Of a stretch of DNA of 64,000 nt, positions 40,161 to 53,167 are shown piece by piece. The stretch comes from Leucoraja ocellata (taxonomy: Eukaryota). A model generated the notes under the pieces. The model made no database searches, was not told where the DNA came from, and was given only the letters and a program-made list of their open reading frames with translations. A program made the translations under genes and the position numbers. Position 1 is the stretch's first letter, and each line of letters begins with the position of its first letter. The stretch lies in the NCBI GenBank assembly GCA_036785375.1, contig JAWMAR010000700.1, positions 248,001 to 312,000 of the forward strand. The letters are read 5' to 3'.

Positions 40161-40534
40161 TGTCTTAAGGGGTTGGACAGGCTAGATGCAGGAAGATTGT
40201 TCCCGATGTTGGGGAAGTCCAGAACAAGGGGTCACAGTTTAAGGATAAGGGGGAAATCTTTTAGGACCGAGATGAGAAAAACATTTTTCACACAGAGAGT
40301 GGTGAATCTCTGGAATTCCCTGCCACAGAAGGTAGTTGAGGCCAGTTCATTGGCTATATTTAAGAGGGAGTTAGATGTGGCCCTTGTGGCTAAAGGGATC
40401 GGGTGTATGGAGATAAGGCAGGTACAGGATACCGAGTTGGATGATCAGCCATGATCATATTGAATGTAGGTGCAGGCTCGAAGGGCCGAATGGCCTACTA
40501 TTGCACCTATTTTCTATGTTTATATGTTTCTATG
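40161..40534 (+). mobile_element. CR1 3' fragment inserted in the Gypsy protease
   Basis: Near-identical to 2112-2480; GATAC at 40155-40159 and 40534-40538. Confidence 0.95.
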
Positions 40535-40844
40535 ATACACATATCGATTAACTGTTCATTAATCAATAGTTTAGTTCGAAAGTACTTGCCTTGGCTGGTT
40601 GTAGGCTTATCGATGTTGGTTGCATAAATGGTGTACAACCCAAGTTCATTTCCATCTGGGTTCATCTCCAACTTGTGAACTCCTTTCTGGTGTTGTCGCT
40701 TGTTTCCCGCAGATTGTTGGTTTCCTGTTTTAAGCTTGGCCCGACATGCTGAGGCAATATGGCCTTTCTTCTGGCAGTTATAGCAATTGGCCATTTTGAA
40801 CTGACAAAATTGGGAAGAGTGATTACCGTTGCAAGGATAACAAC

Positions 40845-41630
40845 TTTTTCCCCATATCCCTTGATTCCGTTGTGCTTATTTTTGCACACTAAAATCGATC
40901 TTAAAAAGTCAAGCAATCCCCATGCACTAAATATTGATCCCTTGAATCTAACTCTCTCTTGAAAACATCATCTGCTTCAACCACCACTGCCGACAGCGTG
41001 TGCATGGACCCCCTTCTCTCTGAGGAAAAAATATTGTCCCGCACATCTCCTTTAGACTTTGACCCCCCTTGCCTTGTGACTGTGCTGTCTAGTATTTAAT
41101 ATTTCCACCCTGGGGAAAAAGATACTGACTCTCTACCATATCAAAGCCTCTCATAATTTTATATATTTCTATCAGGTCACCCCTCCACTTTCGGCATTCC
41201 AGTGAAAACAATCAAAGTCTGTCCATCGTCTTCCTGTACCTCATACCAGCTAATCCAGGCATCATTCTAGTAAACATCCTCTGCACCATTTCCAAAGCCT
41301 CCACATACTTCCTGTCATGGCACAAACAGAATTGCATGCAATATGCCAAATGCAGCCTAACCAAAGTCCTATAAAGCTGCATCATGACTTCCTGAATCTT
41401 GTACTCAATGCCTGACCCATGAATGCAAGCATATTATATGCCTTCTTTACCACTACCTGCTTGTGTTACCACTTTCAGGGAGTAATGAACTTGGATTCCA
41501 AGATCCCTTTGACATCAATGCTGTTAAGGATCATGCCATTAATTATATATTTTCTCCTTGCATTTGACCTTCTAAAGTTCAAACACCTCACACTTGCTCG
41601 GATTACACTACATCTGCCATTTCTGAATAA
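40845..41630 (-). mobile_element. Older CR1 3' fragment
   Basis: Diverged reverse-complement similarity to the CR1 ORF2 C-terminus. Confidence 0.75.
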
Positions 41631-41984
41631 TCCTATAATCCATTAATCAAATGCTTGAATACACTCAGCAACTGAATCGCCACAGATATCCTCAGTAATT
41701 AATTTTAGACACTTGCCACCTTATGATGTCTGTATTAGCATTTCTGCCCTGAATGAACATCCACTCTGTCCAGGCCGAATAAATCTTGTAAGTTTGACCT
41801 CTGGTTCTAGACTGTCCAACCTGTAAACTATCAAGTCCGCATCTACTCTGCTAAATCCATTTAGCATAAATGTGGAAATGATTAATAAACAATTATTAAC
41901 AGCAAGGGAATTTATTATTAAGACACTATTATTGCATCAAATGCAATTCTTGTGTACTCAAAACTAAATATGGAGGATTCTCCA

Positions 41985-42700
41985 GGAATTGCAGGTGCTG
42001 GAATCTTGAGTAAAACACAGTGCCAGAAGAACTCGGCGGGTCAGGCAGCATATTTAGAAGGAAGGAGAGGGAACATTTCATGTCAGAACCCTTCAGATTA
42101 ATTATAGTACGGGGGAAAAAGCTGGAGTATAGAAGGATGAGGGGGAGACCTCATTGAAACTTACCAAATAGTGAAAGGTCTAGATAGAGTGGTGTTGAGA
42201 TGATGTTTCCACTAGTGGGAGAATCTAGGACCAGAGGTCATAGCCTCAGAATAAAAGGATGTTCCATTTGGATGAGGAGGAATTTCTTTAGTCAGATGGG
42301 GGTGAATCTGTGCAATTCATTGCCACAGAGGCTGTGGAAGCCGAGTCAATGAATATTTTGAAGGCAAAGATTGATAGATTCTTGATTGGTACGGGTGTCA
42401 TGGTTATGGGGAGAAGGCAGGAGAATGGGGTTACGATGGAAAGATAGATCAGCCATGATTGAATGGCAGAGTAGACGATGGGTTGTATGGCCTAATTCTG
42501 CTCCTATTAATTATGAAAAGAGAGGTGGGGCAAGGCAAAGTCTGACAAGTGATTGGAGGATGCAGGTGAGAGGGGGGTTTGGCAGATGGGTGACGCAAGT
42601 GACAAATTAAATGTGGGTGTCAGTTAAGGAGGGTAAAAGAGTGAAATGTAAAGCCAGATGGAGGGTTATAGGAGGGCACAAAAGAACATCTAAAGTGGGT
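41985..42700 (-). mobile_element. Decayed Penelope terminal region with nested plus-strand CR1 tail (about 42123-42515)
   Basis: Similar to 6455-6620 and 7110-7250; the CR1 segment splits the sequence aaagctgga|aaagagaggtgggg. Confidence 0.7.
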
Positions 42701-42904
42701 CATATCGGTAAAGGAGTGGAAGAGATTAGAATTGGCTATCCGGAGGCTTATTAAACAGCTGAATTTCAAGTAAATTTGTGCAGGTGCTCGTGAAAGCAAC
42801 TGCATGGCCTTTTGATGGTGTATGTTCTAGCTAATTACTAATCTTAACACCAGCCACCAGCTTGGGAGCATGTAGGGTGGATATTGACTTAATGGGCTGC
42901 TCAG

Positions 42905-43170
42905 CATTTTAGTTTAAAGATGCAGCCTGGAAACAGTTCTTTCAGCCCACCAAGATCACTGTGACCACCAATCAGCATATAGCAGTTCTGTTATTCCCAC
43001 GTTTACATCCTACACACTAGGGGCAATTTACAGAAGCCAATTACCTGTCTTTGGAATGTGGGAGAAAACCAAAGACACCCCACATGGTCACAGGGAGAAT
43101 GTGCAAACTCAATACATACAGAGCCTGTAATCAGAATTGAACCTGCATCTCTGGCACTGTGAGGCTGAAA
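42905..43170 (-). mobile_element. V-SINE/HE1-like SINE
   Basis: Core acatggtcacagggagaatgtgcaaactc; similar to 50674-50970. Confidence 0.75.
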
Positions 43171-43904
43171 TTGGTGCTGAAATGTGAAGGTACAGAAGTG
43201 AGCACAACTGGTGCCGTATGTCACACCCTTTTTGTGCAATTCCAATTGCATGTATTTTTATGTTTTGGCAAAACTAACTGCTCCCAAAGGTTTTTACTTT
43301 ATTCAGGCTCTGCAGATATTACTGTCACATAGTACTATGGTATGCCATAATAAGGTTCAAATAACTGCTTGGCGAGGAACAATATTATATTAATTACAGT
43401 GAAAGGTAGAGGTTCTCTGAAATATTACAGTAACAAATAAATCCAGATTTAATTAACTTCTACTTTCACGGTGTGATAAAATCAAATAAGGCTCAACACC
43501 ACTTTGAAAGATGATAGCAAGTAGGAATTTTAAAACGGTTGTCTTGCGATGCAGATGATTAATTATTTGCTGAAACCTGTTTTGTTGTTCTGCATTTGTA
43601 ATTATATTTTTGGAATCAGTTGGTTAAATTAGAGCTAAGGTTAGTGAGACGCGAGTGAATGGGTTTGCAGCAACATTGCAGAGTGTTTGATGAAGCTTTG
43701 TTATTAATTCCAGAAAGCATTTGAGAAAGTATTTGTTTAATGCGTTCGTTTGTATTCCATTCTTTTCCTGTTGGAGCCTCCTCACATTGATAATACTCAA
43801 AGCTCCCACATTCTAAGGTGCTTTTAGAGCTAATTTAAAACTTAAGAGTTGGGTTTCAGGGAGCCATTAAAATGCAGTCGTGGCTGCTCCAAGTGAAACA
43901 TGCA

Positions 43905-44500
43905 TGGTTAGTTTAGTTTAGAGGTACAACACAGAAACAGGCCATTCGGCCCACCGACTCCACGCCGACCAGCGATTTCCCCATATACTATACACCAGCA
44001 CTATCCTACACACTTGAGACAATTTACAATTTTACCAAAATCAATTAATCTAAACGTCTTTGTAGTGTGGGAGGAAACCGTAGCACCCAGAGAAAACCTG
44101 CACACAAACTCGCAGCATGGTCGACACGTGGTCCTAGGAGGTCACTGTAGCTCTCCTTCATGCGCGAGAGAGGTTACTGCATACTCGTGGCCTCAGTTTG
44201 GTCGAGGAAAATTTGATCATGCTGAAAAATGTTCCGCGAGTAGAAATTGGTCGGCATGGTTCTTTTGCACTGGTAGTGGGGCCGCTATGTAGTTATAGGC
44301 AGTCGAGGTAGCTGTAGGCAATCTCCTTTGCTGACCGCGCATTTTAATTGGCTCATTGGAGTTTTCAGAACCAAGGAAAACCGACTGGTAAGTTTTAAAC
44401 GTCAATAACGTAAAATATACCATCAATCTGAATGAAACTTGTTTAATTTACCTCACAGGAGAATGGTAAGGTGGGCCAAAAATGGTAGCGTTATCGTGCT
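43905..44500. mobile_element. Composite: SINE 3' part (-, to about 44105), MITE interior (to about 44392), Helitron fragment (-)
   Basis: Similar to 50674-50850, 21755-21960 and the reverse complement of about 62950-63065 respectively. Confidence 0.65.
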
Positions 44501-47004
44501 ATATATGTGCTTTAATACAATGCTGTTGCACTCCCAATAGGAACTATAATAAATTCATTCAGTTACAATATTTTGATTCGTGATGAAGAAGACACAAATT
44601 AGCTGTGATAAAATTAGATAGATATCAATGGTTATTAAGTTGGAAATAAACCTCAGAGAACCTAAATGTGAATTAGAAAATTAATTATTTGCAGTTCCAA
44701 TGTCAAAAAAAAATATCAATCCATATGATTAGTCTATTAATAAATTGTTAATAACCTTAGGTTAATTTAGCACAATTTGCAATGGCATCCTTTGGGGAAT
44801 AATCGTGTTGCTTCATAAACTTGATTTACACCTTTTCCCAACTGCTTTCATTGGTATAGTGGTAGAAATTTAACAACATGATTCAATTTCCGACAGACAT
44901 ATGGTGGGTGGAGAGGAATTTAATATAAATGACATAATTAAGAGCCGCTTGGGTTCTCTTGATTTTATAATATTGCCATTGATTGGATTACAACATTTCT
45001 AGCACACCTACATAATCTACTTCTCTAAAGTTTAATGGTTTGCATTTCAAACAGATGTTTGGTAGGTGGAATGAGAGAACTGTTGAAGCTATGTTAAAAA
45101 TGGAGCTCGTATTCCATTTGTGATTTACAATCATAACACTGACTGGAGCAAATTTAATTAACTCGCACATTATCCAGTACCTTAAGTTTCATTTACAAAC
45201 AACAATAATCAACAATTAACTTCAATACGGTCATTACAACTGACATATAGTGCATCAATTTATCAGTGTGGCTCTTTATCACTTAATTCCAGAACCAAAA
45301 GCATTGGAATATATTCTGGTGTGACACAATTATTCAGTAGTGTCCAAAGTCCATCAAGAGGAAGTGACCTGTCATTTAGATCTCCATGCGGTTTCAAAAT
45401 TAACCACCATACAGTAAGTTGCACCACAGCAACCCAGCAATAACTCAACATGTAGTCAGCAAAGCTCACAACAACCTCAGTGAACAAGATGCCTTGAAGC
45501 ACTCAGAGATCCATGAATGCTATCAAGGTACACAGAGGACATGGAAACATATAGCACAGAAATGAGTCTGTGACAATTATCAAAAAACCATTTACATCAA
45601 TATTACAGTAATTCTTTTTATTCTCTCCAATTTCACATAATCTCATCCCCCAGATAGTATCACTTGTCGACATACAAAGAGTCAGAATAATACTGCATGG
45701 AAACTTGCTCTTTGGCCAACTCATTCAGGTTAACCAAGGTCTGCAACCTGTAGTGGATTTATATCAAATTTTCTTGCATTGAGCTAATCTAAATATTTCC
45801 TATTCATGTAGCACAGTCCATCACACAAACCAGCCTCTCAAAACACTCCTTCCCCTTACAAATCGACTACATCTACACTTCATCTGCCAACATAATCAAG
45901 GACCGTTTTCTCCCCAGTCATTCCCTCTTCTGTCTTCCGTCGGGCAAAAGATACAAAAGCTTGTAAGCATGTGTTCTGCTGTATTCAGGAACAGCTTCTT
46001 CTCCACAGTTTTCAGACTACTGTACAATCTTCCCATAATCATGGGTCCAGACTTGATCTTCCAACCTATCCCATTGCAGACCTTGCACTTTTTCTTTGTA
46101 ACACTATTATATTGTAACAACATATTATGCACTCCTTTAATTTTCCTCTAGGCACTACAGATAAGTATTTATTCAAGACCTCGCCCATCTTCCTTGGCTC
46201 CTCATATAGATGATCACACCAATCCTTCAGATGACCTATTCTTTCCCTAGTTCTCTTAATATACCCAGGAAAGTTCCTAGGATTCTCCTTTGCTAGGAGA
46301 AATTTACAGATGCAAAATAATCTTTCAAGTCACTTCACTTTAGGATGTGGAAAGAAATTATAGCATCCAAAATTATAAAAATTGTAGCCACTGGGAGAAT
46401 GTGCAAAATTCCACACAAGACAGTACTGGGATAGTCAAGATATGAACCCAGGTCATTGGAGTGCTATTAGCTGGCAGAGGACAACAAACTAAGCTTGGGA
46501 TCTTATGGAAGAAAACTATTGTCAAATTAAGAGGCCTGCATTTTGAACGATTATCTGAAGGAAGTTGTATATTAGGCAGGAGACTGTTAGTGAAATCAAA
46601 CAGTCCATTTCTAAATCAACGCTTTTCAATTCGCTTCAGTTTGAGTAGAGTTTGCTAATGTTTCTCTTTCACTGCTTTAGTACCAACATAATTTACTAAT
46701 CGTGTTACAACTCAAAGTACAGTGAAATGTACTTGTGACTCATTTTAGAACAATCGGCAGTTAGCAGTTCCAAGATGCATTTATTTCATAATAGAAAGCT
46801 CAAAAATCACTACCAAAGTGTCTGCCCACACAATCAGTACACCTCTCCTGTACTAAGTCACCCCAACCACCCCCCCCCCTCCCTCCCCTCCCTCCCCACC
46901 CCCCCACCTTTCCCTCCCAACTCCAGTCCCGTCGTCCGACCCCCTGGGAAACTGAAGGGAGCGACAATCAACTGCCACGGATACAAATAATGTCATACTC
47001 ACGA

Positions 47005-47443
47005 AAGGGCAGATGCTGGTTGACAAATAGTGAACACACAGTGCTAGAGTAACACAAAGATGCAGCAAAATTTTGGAAACGTCATCCCGTCACCCATTCC
47101 TTCTCTCCAGAGATGCTGCCTGTCCCGCTGAGTTAAAGAGTGCCCACGGTAGACTCACGAGTCACTACAGTAAACTCATGGGCTACTACGTTCTTACGAG
47201 TTTAAAAGTTTAAAATTTTTATTTCATGAGTAAAATTGACTCGTGGAAATCTTTCATCATGTTGAAAGATTTTCACGAGTTAACAGGTTTCCCGAGTACC
47301 TGCCGTTTGCGATACAAGTTGCTAAGTTACGTCCACGAGTTCCGACGTTCCCGCTACGTTAATTCTGTGTGATTACCACGAGTTTGATTTGTTTTAAACT
47401 CCGGATCACTTGTGGGTGGACTCGCACCGTGAGACAGGGGTTT
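47005..47443. mobile_element. Penelope-derived short piece (to about 47134) followed by a MITE-like fragment
   Basis: ccattccttctctccagagatgctgcc motif; then CACGAGT-rich interior ending gtgagacaggggtttaa. Confidence 0.6.
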
Positions 47444-47682
47444 AAGACATTAAAAATCAGTTCACTTTTAATAACGACGATAGAAAAATTAAATTGAAGA
47501 ATTGTACCAAAGATGTTCTTTCCATAGCAAAAAGAGTTCAATTTCTTCACACCAATTAACTGTAGCAATGTATCAGGCTACCTTGTAGTAATATTTTATT
47601 ATATTTCTAGAAAATGACAATTGATGAAGGGCGAGTTGTTCATATTTAAAACAATGCCATGGAGCTGAAATCTCCAATATGT

Positions 47683-47716
47683 AGTCTGAAGAAGGGACTC
47701 GACCCGAAACGTCACT
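47683..47716 (+). ncRNA. Minimal type I hammerhead ribozyme motif
   Basis: AGU CUGAAGA A GGGAC-UC-GACCC GAAAC GUC ACU: intact core, GUC cleavage triplet, 3-bp stem I (AGU/ACU), one stem II mismatch. Confidence 0.75.
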
Positions 47717-47776
47717 CATTCCTTCTCTACAGAGATGCTGCCCGTCTCCCTGAGTTACTCCAGCATTTTGTGTCTC
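47683..47776 (+). mobile_element. Short Penelope-derived insertion starting with a hammerhead motif
   Basis: Imperfect TSD TCTCCAATATGT (47671-47682) / TCTTCAAAATGT (47777-47788). Confidence 0.8.
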
Positions 47777-49914
47777 TCTTCAAAATGTGTCCCTTATTAA
47801 AGGAAAATAGAACTGCCACTTCCAAATTTACATTCTGCTTGGCTCAAGGATGTCTTTCACTGTTGAAGTTAGAAAAATCTAACCACAAGAATTTCATGCT
47901 CACAGGAATGACTTAAATCATAGTCAACCAATATTACCTTTCTCAAGGTAACACAAGGAATATTTCAGGGACACAACCATTCAAAAGACTATTCTTCCTG
48001 CCTCGATTTATCAAGAAAAAAATTAAGAATATGACAGGGTTTGAAGTCATGTTTTCTTCCTCTCTGGCTCAATGCCAAACTCCGCTGCCATCTTGAGCTT
48101 ATAATGATTAAGTATTCATTCATGAACAACCATAATAAAGTATAGCTAAGACAGAGCAAAATTAGTTCAGATAGGAACATAATAAATCTAATTCTGTTCC
48201 CCAGTCTGTTGCTAAATCAAAATACGTTTGATTTATAGTAATGACTATGCTACTGGGAACGCAAATGAGATCCAGGAAACCACTTGTGAGTTCCAATGCT
48301 CGTCACCAATGAGTGCAATTTTATTTTTAGAAGTGGCAAAAACCACTTCATCTTCAACAAATTGTGTACAACATTTTCTTTGAAATGCAAAGAAAACACT
48401 TATGTATGTTTCTAGTTTTTTAAATCTAATTTAACATGTAAAGGGCACTGATATTGGTATTTAATGCAATGCACTTTTTTTTTAATTTCAGCTCATTAAA
48501 ATTAACTGGCAGCTGGCCCTCTATTGAAAGACTCATCATCATAATGGTCAGGATGGGAGTTATTTACAGTTTGGTCTACTGTTTCAGAAATATTGCTGCA
48601 GTTCCCAAATGACACATTTAAAAAGCATGATTAATTCTGAAACACCTTAAAAATACTGCAATCTAATGACCTGGGGAGAATTTATGAGATAGTTCAAACT
48701 GTTTATCTGAAATTATAATCCTGAGCAAATTGCTGCGTTTTTTTAAAGCAATCTTTTCAAAGTTAGAATCGACTGCAAATGGCAATGCAACATAATTATG
48801 TAGCTAGGAGTTCCAGGAAAAGTCTCAAGTTTAAAATAAAGGCACTTGTGGAATAGAAAAGAGTCTCCAATAAAGATTAACGAGGAACTTTGCAGCAGCA
48901 GCAAAAGCTCACAAACCAAGCTATTGTATTCTGTGATACAATTGTTATTTGTATTACCTTTTATAATTATATTTTATGTTCTGGAAGCCACTGAGTAACT
49001 TTACACAGTACAGCCCTATGGAATGCAAGACTGCAAATACAATTAGATGAACTAAAGTAGTATTATATTGTTGGTTAATAGAACACTGGAGGTGCTAGTA
49101 AGCAGTATTATGGGAATTAAAAAAAACATTGTAGCTAGGGAAGGCTGCTGTAAAAAACAGCAGAGTGACAAAGGTGACATAGTGGAGTAGCAGTCGAGTT
49201 GCTGCCTTACAGCGCTGGAGACCTGGGTTTGACCCCGACTAAGGGTACTGTCTGTACGGAGTTTGAATGTTCTCCCCGTGACAACCTGCCACACAATCAC
49301 TGATTTACTCATACAGAACTTGACTTGGTAGTACTGTATTCCGGAAATGGTAGTTATGAGACTGGTGATCAAATCACGGTGGCAGATGAACGGAAATGAA
49401 TCTGCATTTTAAGGTACACCTCAATTGTGTTTGAAAAGAAACGATTTAATGATGTTGGTGACAATGACGATGTATTGATAACTTATTAACACAAACGCAG
49501 GAGATAAACTCATGTAATAAAACACATTTGCCCTGGAAAGGGTGGGGTAAACTTAATAAAACGTAGAACACAGTATACTGTAGATGATATTGAGGAGAAA
49601 GGTCATCAATAAGGATATTTAATAAAAAGGGATGGATGAAATGAATTTACTGTAGGGAATCAAACCAACATTTACTAGTTACGTTTTTGACCCACACACT
49701 TATTTCTTCCTATCTTGACTCCATTCTTCATCCTCTCTCCTAGTCTCATCCCACTGCATTTGTGGGATTACTGATGCCCTCCATTACTATGATGATTTCC
49801 TGGTCGTAACTGAGTCTTTGTCAACATGGATACTAAATTCTTTGCACCTCCATCTCTCGGCAAATGGTTAGAAGGGCCTTCACGTCTCCCACGAACAAAA
49901 GCTCAACCAATGAT

Positions 49915-50650
49915 CCACGGCTTCTTTATTGTCACATGTACCAGGTCCAGCTAAATACATTTTTTGCATACAGATCCACAAGACTATCCCTCTGCATAAG
50001 CATAATCCCCTGCTCTGTAAGGAATGTACAGAACAGCCCACTGAATCCATATGCAGCAGGCACCCATTTGTTGCCATTTTAGTCCCAACTGCAGCTGGCC
50101 ACAAAGGCCCTTTGCAGCCGTCTCCTCCCCCATTCCAGTTGCCCCAAGAACCGTCATCACTTTGCACACCAAGCCCTCTTCAGCCTTCAATCCCCAGAGG
50201 GACGCCCTCTGCAGCCGGCCTCAAGGGCACAGAAGGCAATATCCCGCCTGGTTCCTTTATCCAGCGTCACCTGCCGTCAACATCTCCCTCTATCTCCTCT
50301 CCGATTCCCAAACCACGAGGCGAGCAGGGGCCAGTCTCGGTGATCTACCCTCTCCGAGTGAGCCAGGCCTACGGCTGGAGTACACCCATGGCTTCCCGAG
50401 CCATGCTTCATGCTGCTGCAGGACCTTCAGCAGCCCTGCCCATAGTTGAGGCCCTGCCATGCTTCTCGCTGCTGGTCCGCTTATCTGCCTTCAGTCTGAC
50501 TTCCCCCTCTCCGGTGCACAGGGTGAACAGAGGCTGGCAACCTATCCTGGCTTGTTCTTTTTGCCGCAGCAGTAAGTCGCGCAGCCCGCTGGGAGGCAAC
50601 CTTCCCTATTCCCCCTTCCACCACCATTCTCTTTTTCCGAAGCTGAACTT
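49915..50650 (-). repeat. Unclassified interspersed repeat with LINE-like tail; related piece at about 34180-34460
   Basis: Shared gctgctgcaggacc...ccctgc...cctctcc..agagg blocks; tttattgtcacatgtac tail signature. Confidence 0.5.
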
Positions 50651-50673
50651 GTTCACACATTAAGCAACTTTTT

Positions 50674-50970
50674 TTTGGAGATACTGCATAGAAACAGGCC
50701 CTTCGGCCCACGCCAACCAGCGATCCCCACACATTAATACTATCCTACACCCACATGGGACAATTTTTTGAAACATTTACCAAGCCAATTAACCTACAAA
50801 CTTGTACGTCTTTGGAGTGGGGGAGGAAATCGAAGATATCGGAGAAAACCCACGCAGGTCACGGAGAGAACGTACAAACTCCGTACAGACAGCACCCGTA
50901 GCCGGGATCGAGCCCAGGTCCCCGGCGCTGCATTCGCTGTAAGGCAGCAACTCTACCGCTGTGCCACCGC
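50674..50970 (-). mobile_element. tRNA-derived V-SINE/HE1-like SINE, well preserved
   Basis: Minus strand: A box TGGCACAGCGG, B box GGCTCGATCCC, core GTCTGTACGGAGTTTGTACGTTCTC, CR1-like tail GGGCCGAAGGGCCTGTTTC. Confidence 0.9.
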
Positions 50971-51304
50971 ATTGACTCCACCCATTCCTTTCAAACAAAA
51001 AAAAAGATGGGATCATGGGCACCTACATAAGTCAAAGTTACATCCATCTCTGAGAAATATGTGGAACAAAATCCATTTTGCCTGCTTGAGGCCTCTTTCC
51101 ACACTTTATTTTCCTATTACACTGTTTTCTGCACACAACTCAAAAGCTTCACCATCTTTGCTGCTGACCAACCCTTCTCTCTGAATCTTTTCATCAATTT
51201 TCTCTTTCCCATCTCAGGAGAGACGTCGATAACCAAATTTAATGCCTGCAGACTCCAACAACCATTTTGACCACACCTCATTTCACTCTGTTTCCTGAAT
51301 GGAT

Positions 51305-52128
51305 TCAAAAGTCAAGGGTGTTTAATTGCCATATGTACCAATACCAAAACAATGAAATTCTCACTTGCAGTAGCAAAATAGGCCTGTAAACTCAATAACC
51401 ATAAATATAGAGTAAACTAAAATTCAATATGTTAAATACCCCAATATTTGAGCACGACAAAAAAAAACCTTTAGTGCAACTAAAGATAGTAGCTAGTGTT
51501 GTACAGATCATGAGTATGATGTTTGTTGGCAAGAAGCTTTTCTGGAATCTGGCCATGGTTTTCACCTTCTTCCTGATGATAGAAGTGAAAAGACTGTGGT
51601 CAGGGTGGTGTGGATATCTGATGATACTGATGGGCTGTTTGAGGCAGTCCTTCCTATAGAGCCCCTCGATGGTGGGCAGCTCAGTATCTGTGATGAACCG
51701 GGCAGTGTCCATCACTCTCTGTAATCTTGGTTACCTGTAGACGTATTTGTCGACCTTGGTAAATCTTCCAAGCAATTAGAGCATTGATGGAGAAATAATG
51801 AACTGCAGATGCTGGTTTACCATAAACTTCACTAATACTCATTCTTCAGAGATGTTGCCTGACCCGTTGAGTTACTCTGGCACTTTGTGTCTATTTTCTA
51901 TAAAGAGCATTGATGAGGTTTCATTACAATTACATCAATGAGCTGAGCCCAGACAGATATTCAGATATTGCACTCTTAGGAATTTGAAATTGTTAACTCG
52001 CTGCACAGCCAACCCATCGCTGAAGCCACCTTCATGGATCTTCAGCTTTTTCCTTCTAAAGTTCACAATCAGCTAATCTGTTTTACTGATCATTGTTCCG
52101 ACACCATTCAATCTGATTTCCAATCTCC
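51305..52128 (-). mobile_element. Old Rex1/Babar-like 3' fragment with nested Penelope-derived insert (51790-51903)
   Basis: ARFITDTELPTIEGLYRKDCLK peptide; nested TSD AGAGCATTGATG at 51778-51789 and 51904-51915. Confidence 0.75.
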
Positions 52129-52130
52129 TC

Positions 52131-53160
52131 GGTCAGCAGCTTTTTAGGTTGCCAAATGACAGTTTAGGTGGTCATTCAGGACGGCTTGCATGACGCGTGT
52201 GATAATGTGCTCAGACGAAGTGCGTAGTTCCCAGTCGGAATTATGCTCAATGAAGCATTCACATATTATTTCTGCTTCAAATAAAGTCACAAACTAAACA
52301 TATTCACCAATCAAGACATGATATATACCACAATGACATGCAGCAAAATTATAATACAGTAAATCAACTCTTTCCACATTATTTCTTTCCACTTCCAAAC
52401 AAAAATGTGGTTGGATTATTCAGTGTATGATCAACTTGTGTCAATAAATCGTGACCATGATAGCATATATGCTTAACCATGCACACTACAGATTGATGCA
52501 AGCATGTTTTCTGTGAAGGAACAAAATTACCATAACATGGCCATAGCATGGGTCGTTATTGCTATTGGTACAGAAACACACTCGCTTCCCACATAATTTA
52601 TCCACAACAAAAATACCCAGGTTGCAAGGAATTTTCTAAAGGCATTTTATGATAATAGCTGTTAAAAACTGACTATACCCATCTGACAGGGTAAACATTA
52701 CACTAACTAACATGAGATGGCCAAAGGACATAATTGCAGCAAATGTTCTTTTGGTAATATATTTAAAGGTGTCAAGACGCCACATTACCGGATATTCAGA
52801 TTAGATGTATGTGTTGTGAAAAGCAATGAAGATACCCAGTTTGTAAGCAACAAATTAAAATAAAATTGTTGATAAACGCTTTTTCCATCATTCCCACTTC
52901 AGAATTAACATTAAATTTCAACTGAAATATCTCCTGACCAAATTTGTGATGTATATGACTGATTGTAGAAGTAAAACTGGATAAATCCAACACATAATTG
53001 TGAATGTTGCTCATTAAATAACTACAGTACTGATGTAACCCGCTGAAGAAGGGTTTTGGCCCGAAACGTTGCCTATTTCCTCCGCTCCATAGATGCTGCC
53101 ACACCCGCTGAGCTTCTCCAGCAATTTTGTCTACCTACAGTACTGACACTCCATATTAAC
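52131..53160 (-). mobile_element. Partial inverted copy of the 31556-33725 DNA transposon
   Basis: Reverse complement aligns closely with about 32750-33680. Confidence 0.9.
53034..53134 (+). mobile_element. Short Penelope-derived insertion with hammerhead motif (53043-53070)
   Basis: CUGAAGA A GGGUU-UU-GGCCC GAAAC GUU; perfect TSD CTACAGTACTGA at 53022-53033 and 53135-53146; empty site in the paralog near 32764-32775. Confidence 0.9.
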
Positions 53161-53167
53161 ATCGAAG

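Larger units (their letters stand above)
36536..40800 (-). mobile_element. Gypsy/Ty3 LTR retrotransposon, 5'-truncated, with two nested inserts
   Basis: Domain order on the minus strand: gag CCHC, protease, RT, RNase H, integrase, PPT, LTR. Confidence 0.9.
37021..40800 (-). pseudogene. Gypsy gag-pol pseudogene
   Basis: CYNCQKKGHIASAC; IDTAADCSVM (after removing the CR1 insert); VRLCGDYK, FTKLDLSHAYAQL, LPYGVKSSP; IAFASRT; integrase HAEH..CSIC, HVDF, SDNG, AER. Confidence 0.9.

Noticed and set aside
49929-50663. 244-aa ORF
   Set aside because: GC-rich repeat with overlapping open frames on both strands and no domain.
50890-50970. tRNA gene (also about 49172-49250)
   Set aside because: A/B boxes run into a SINE core with no acceptor stem or T-run terminator.
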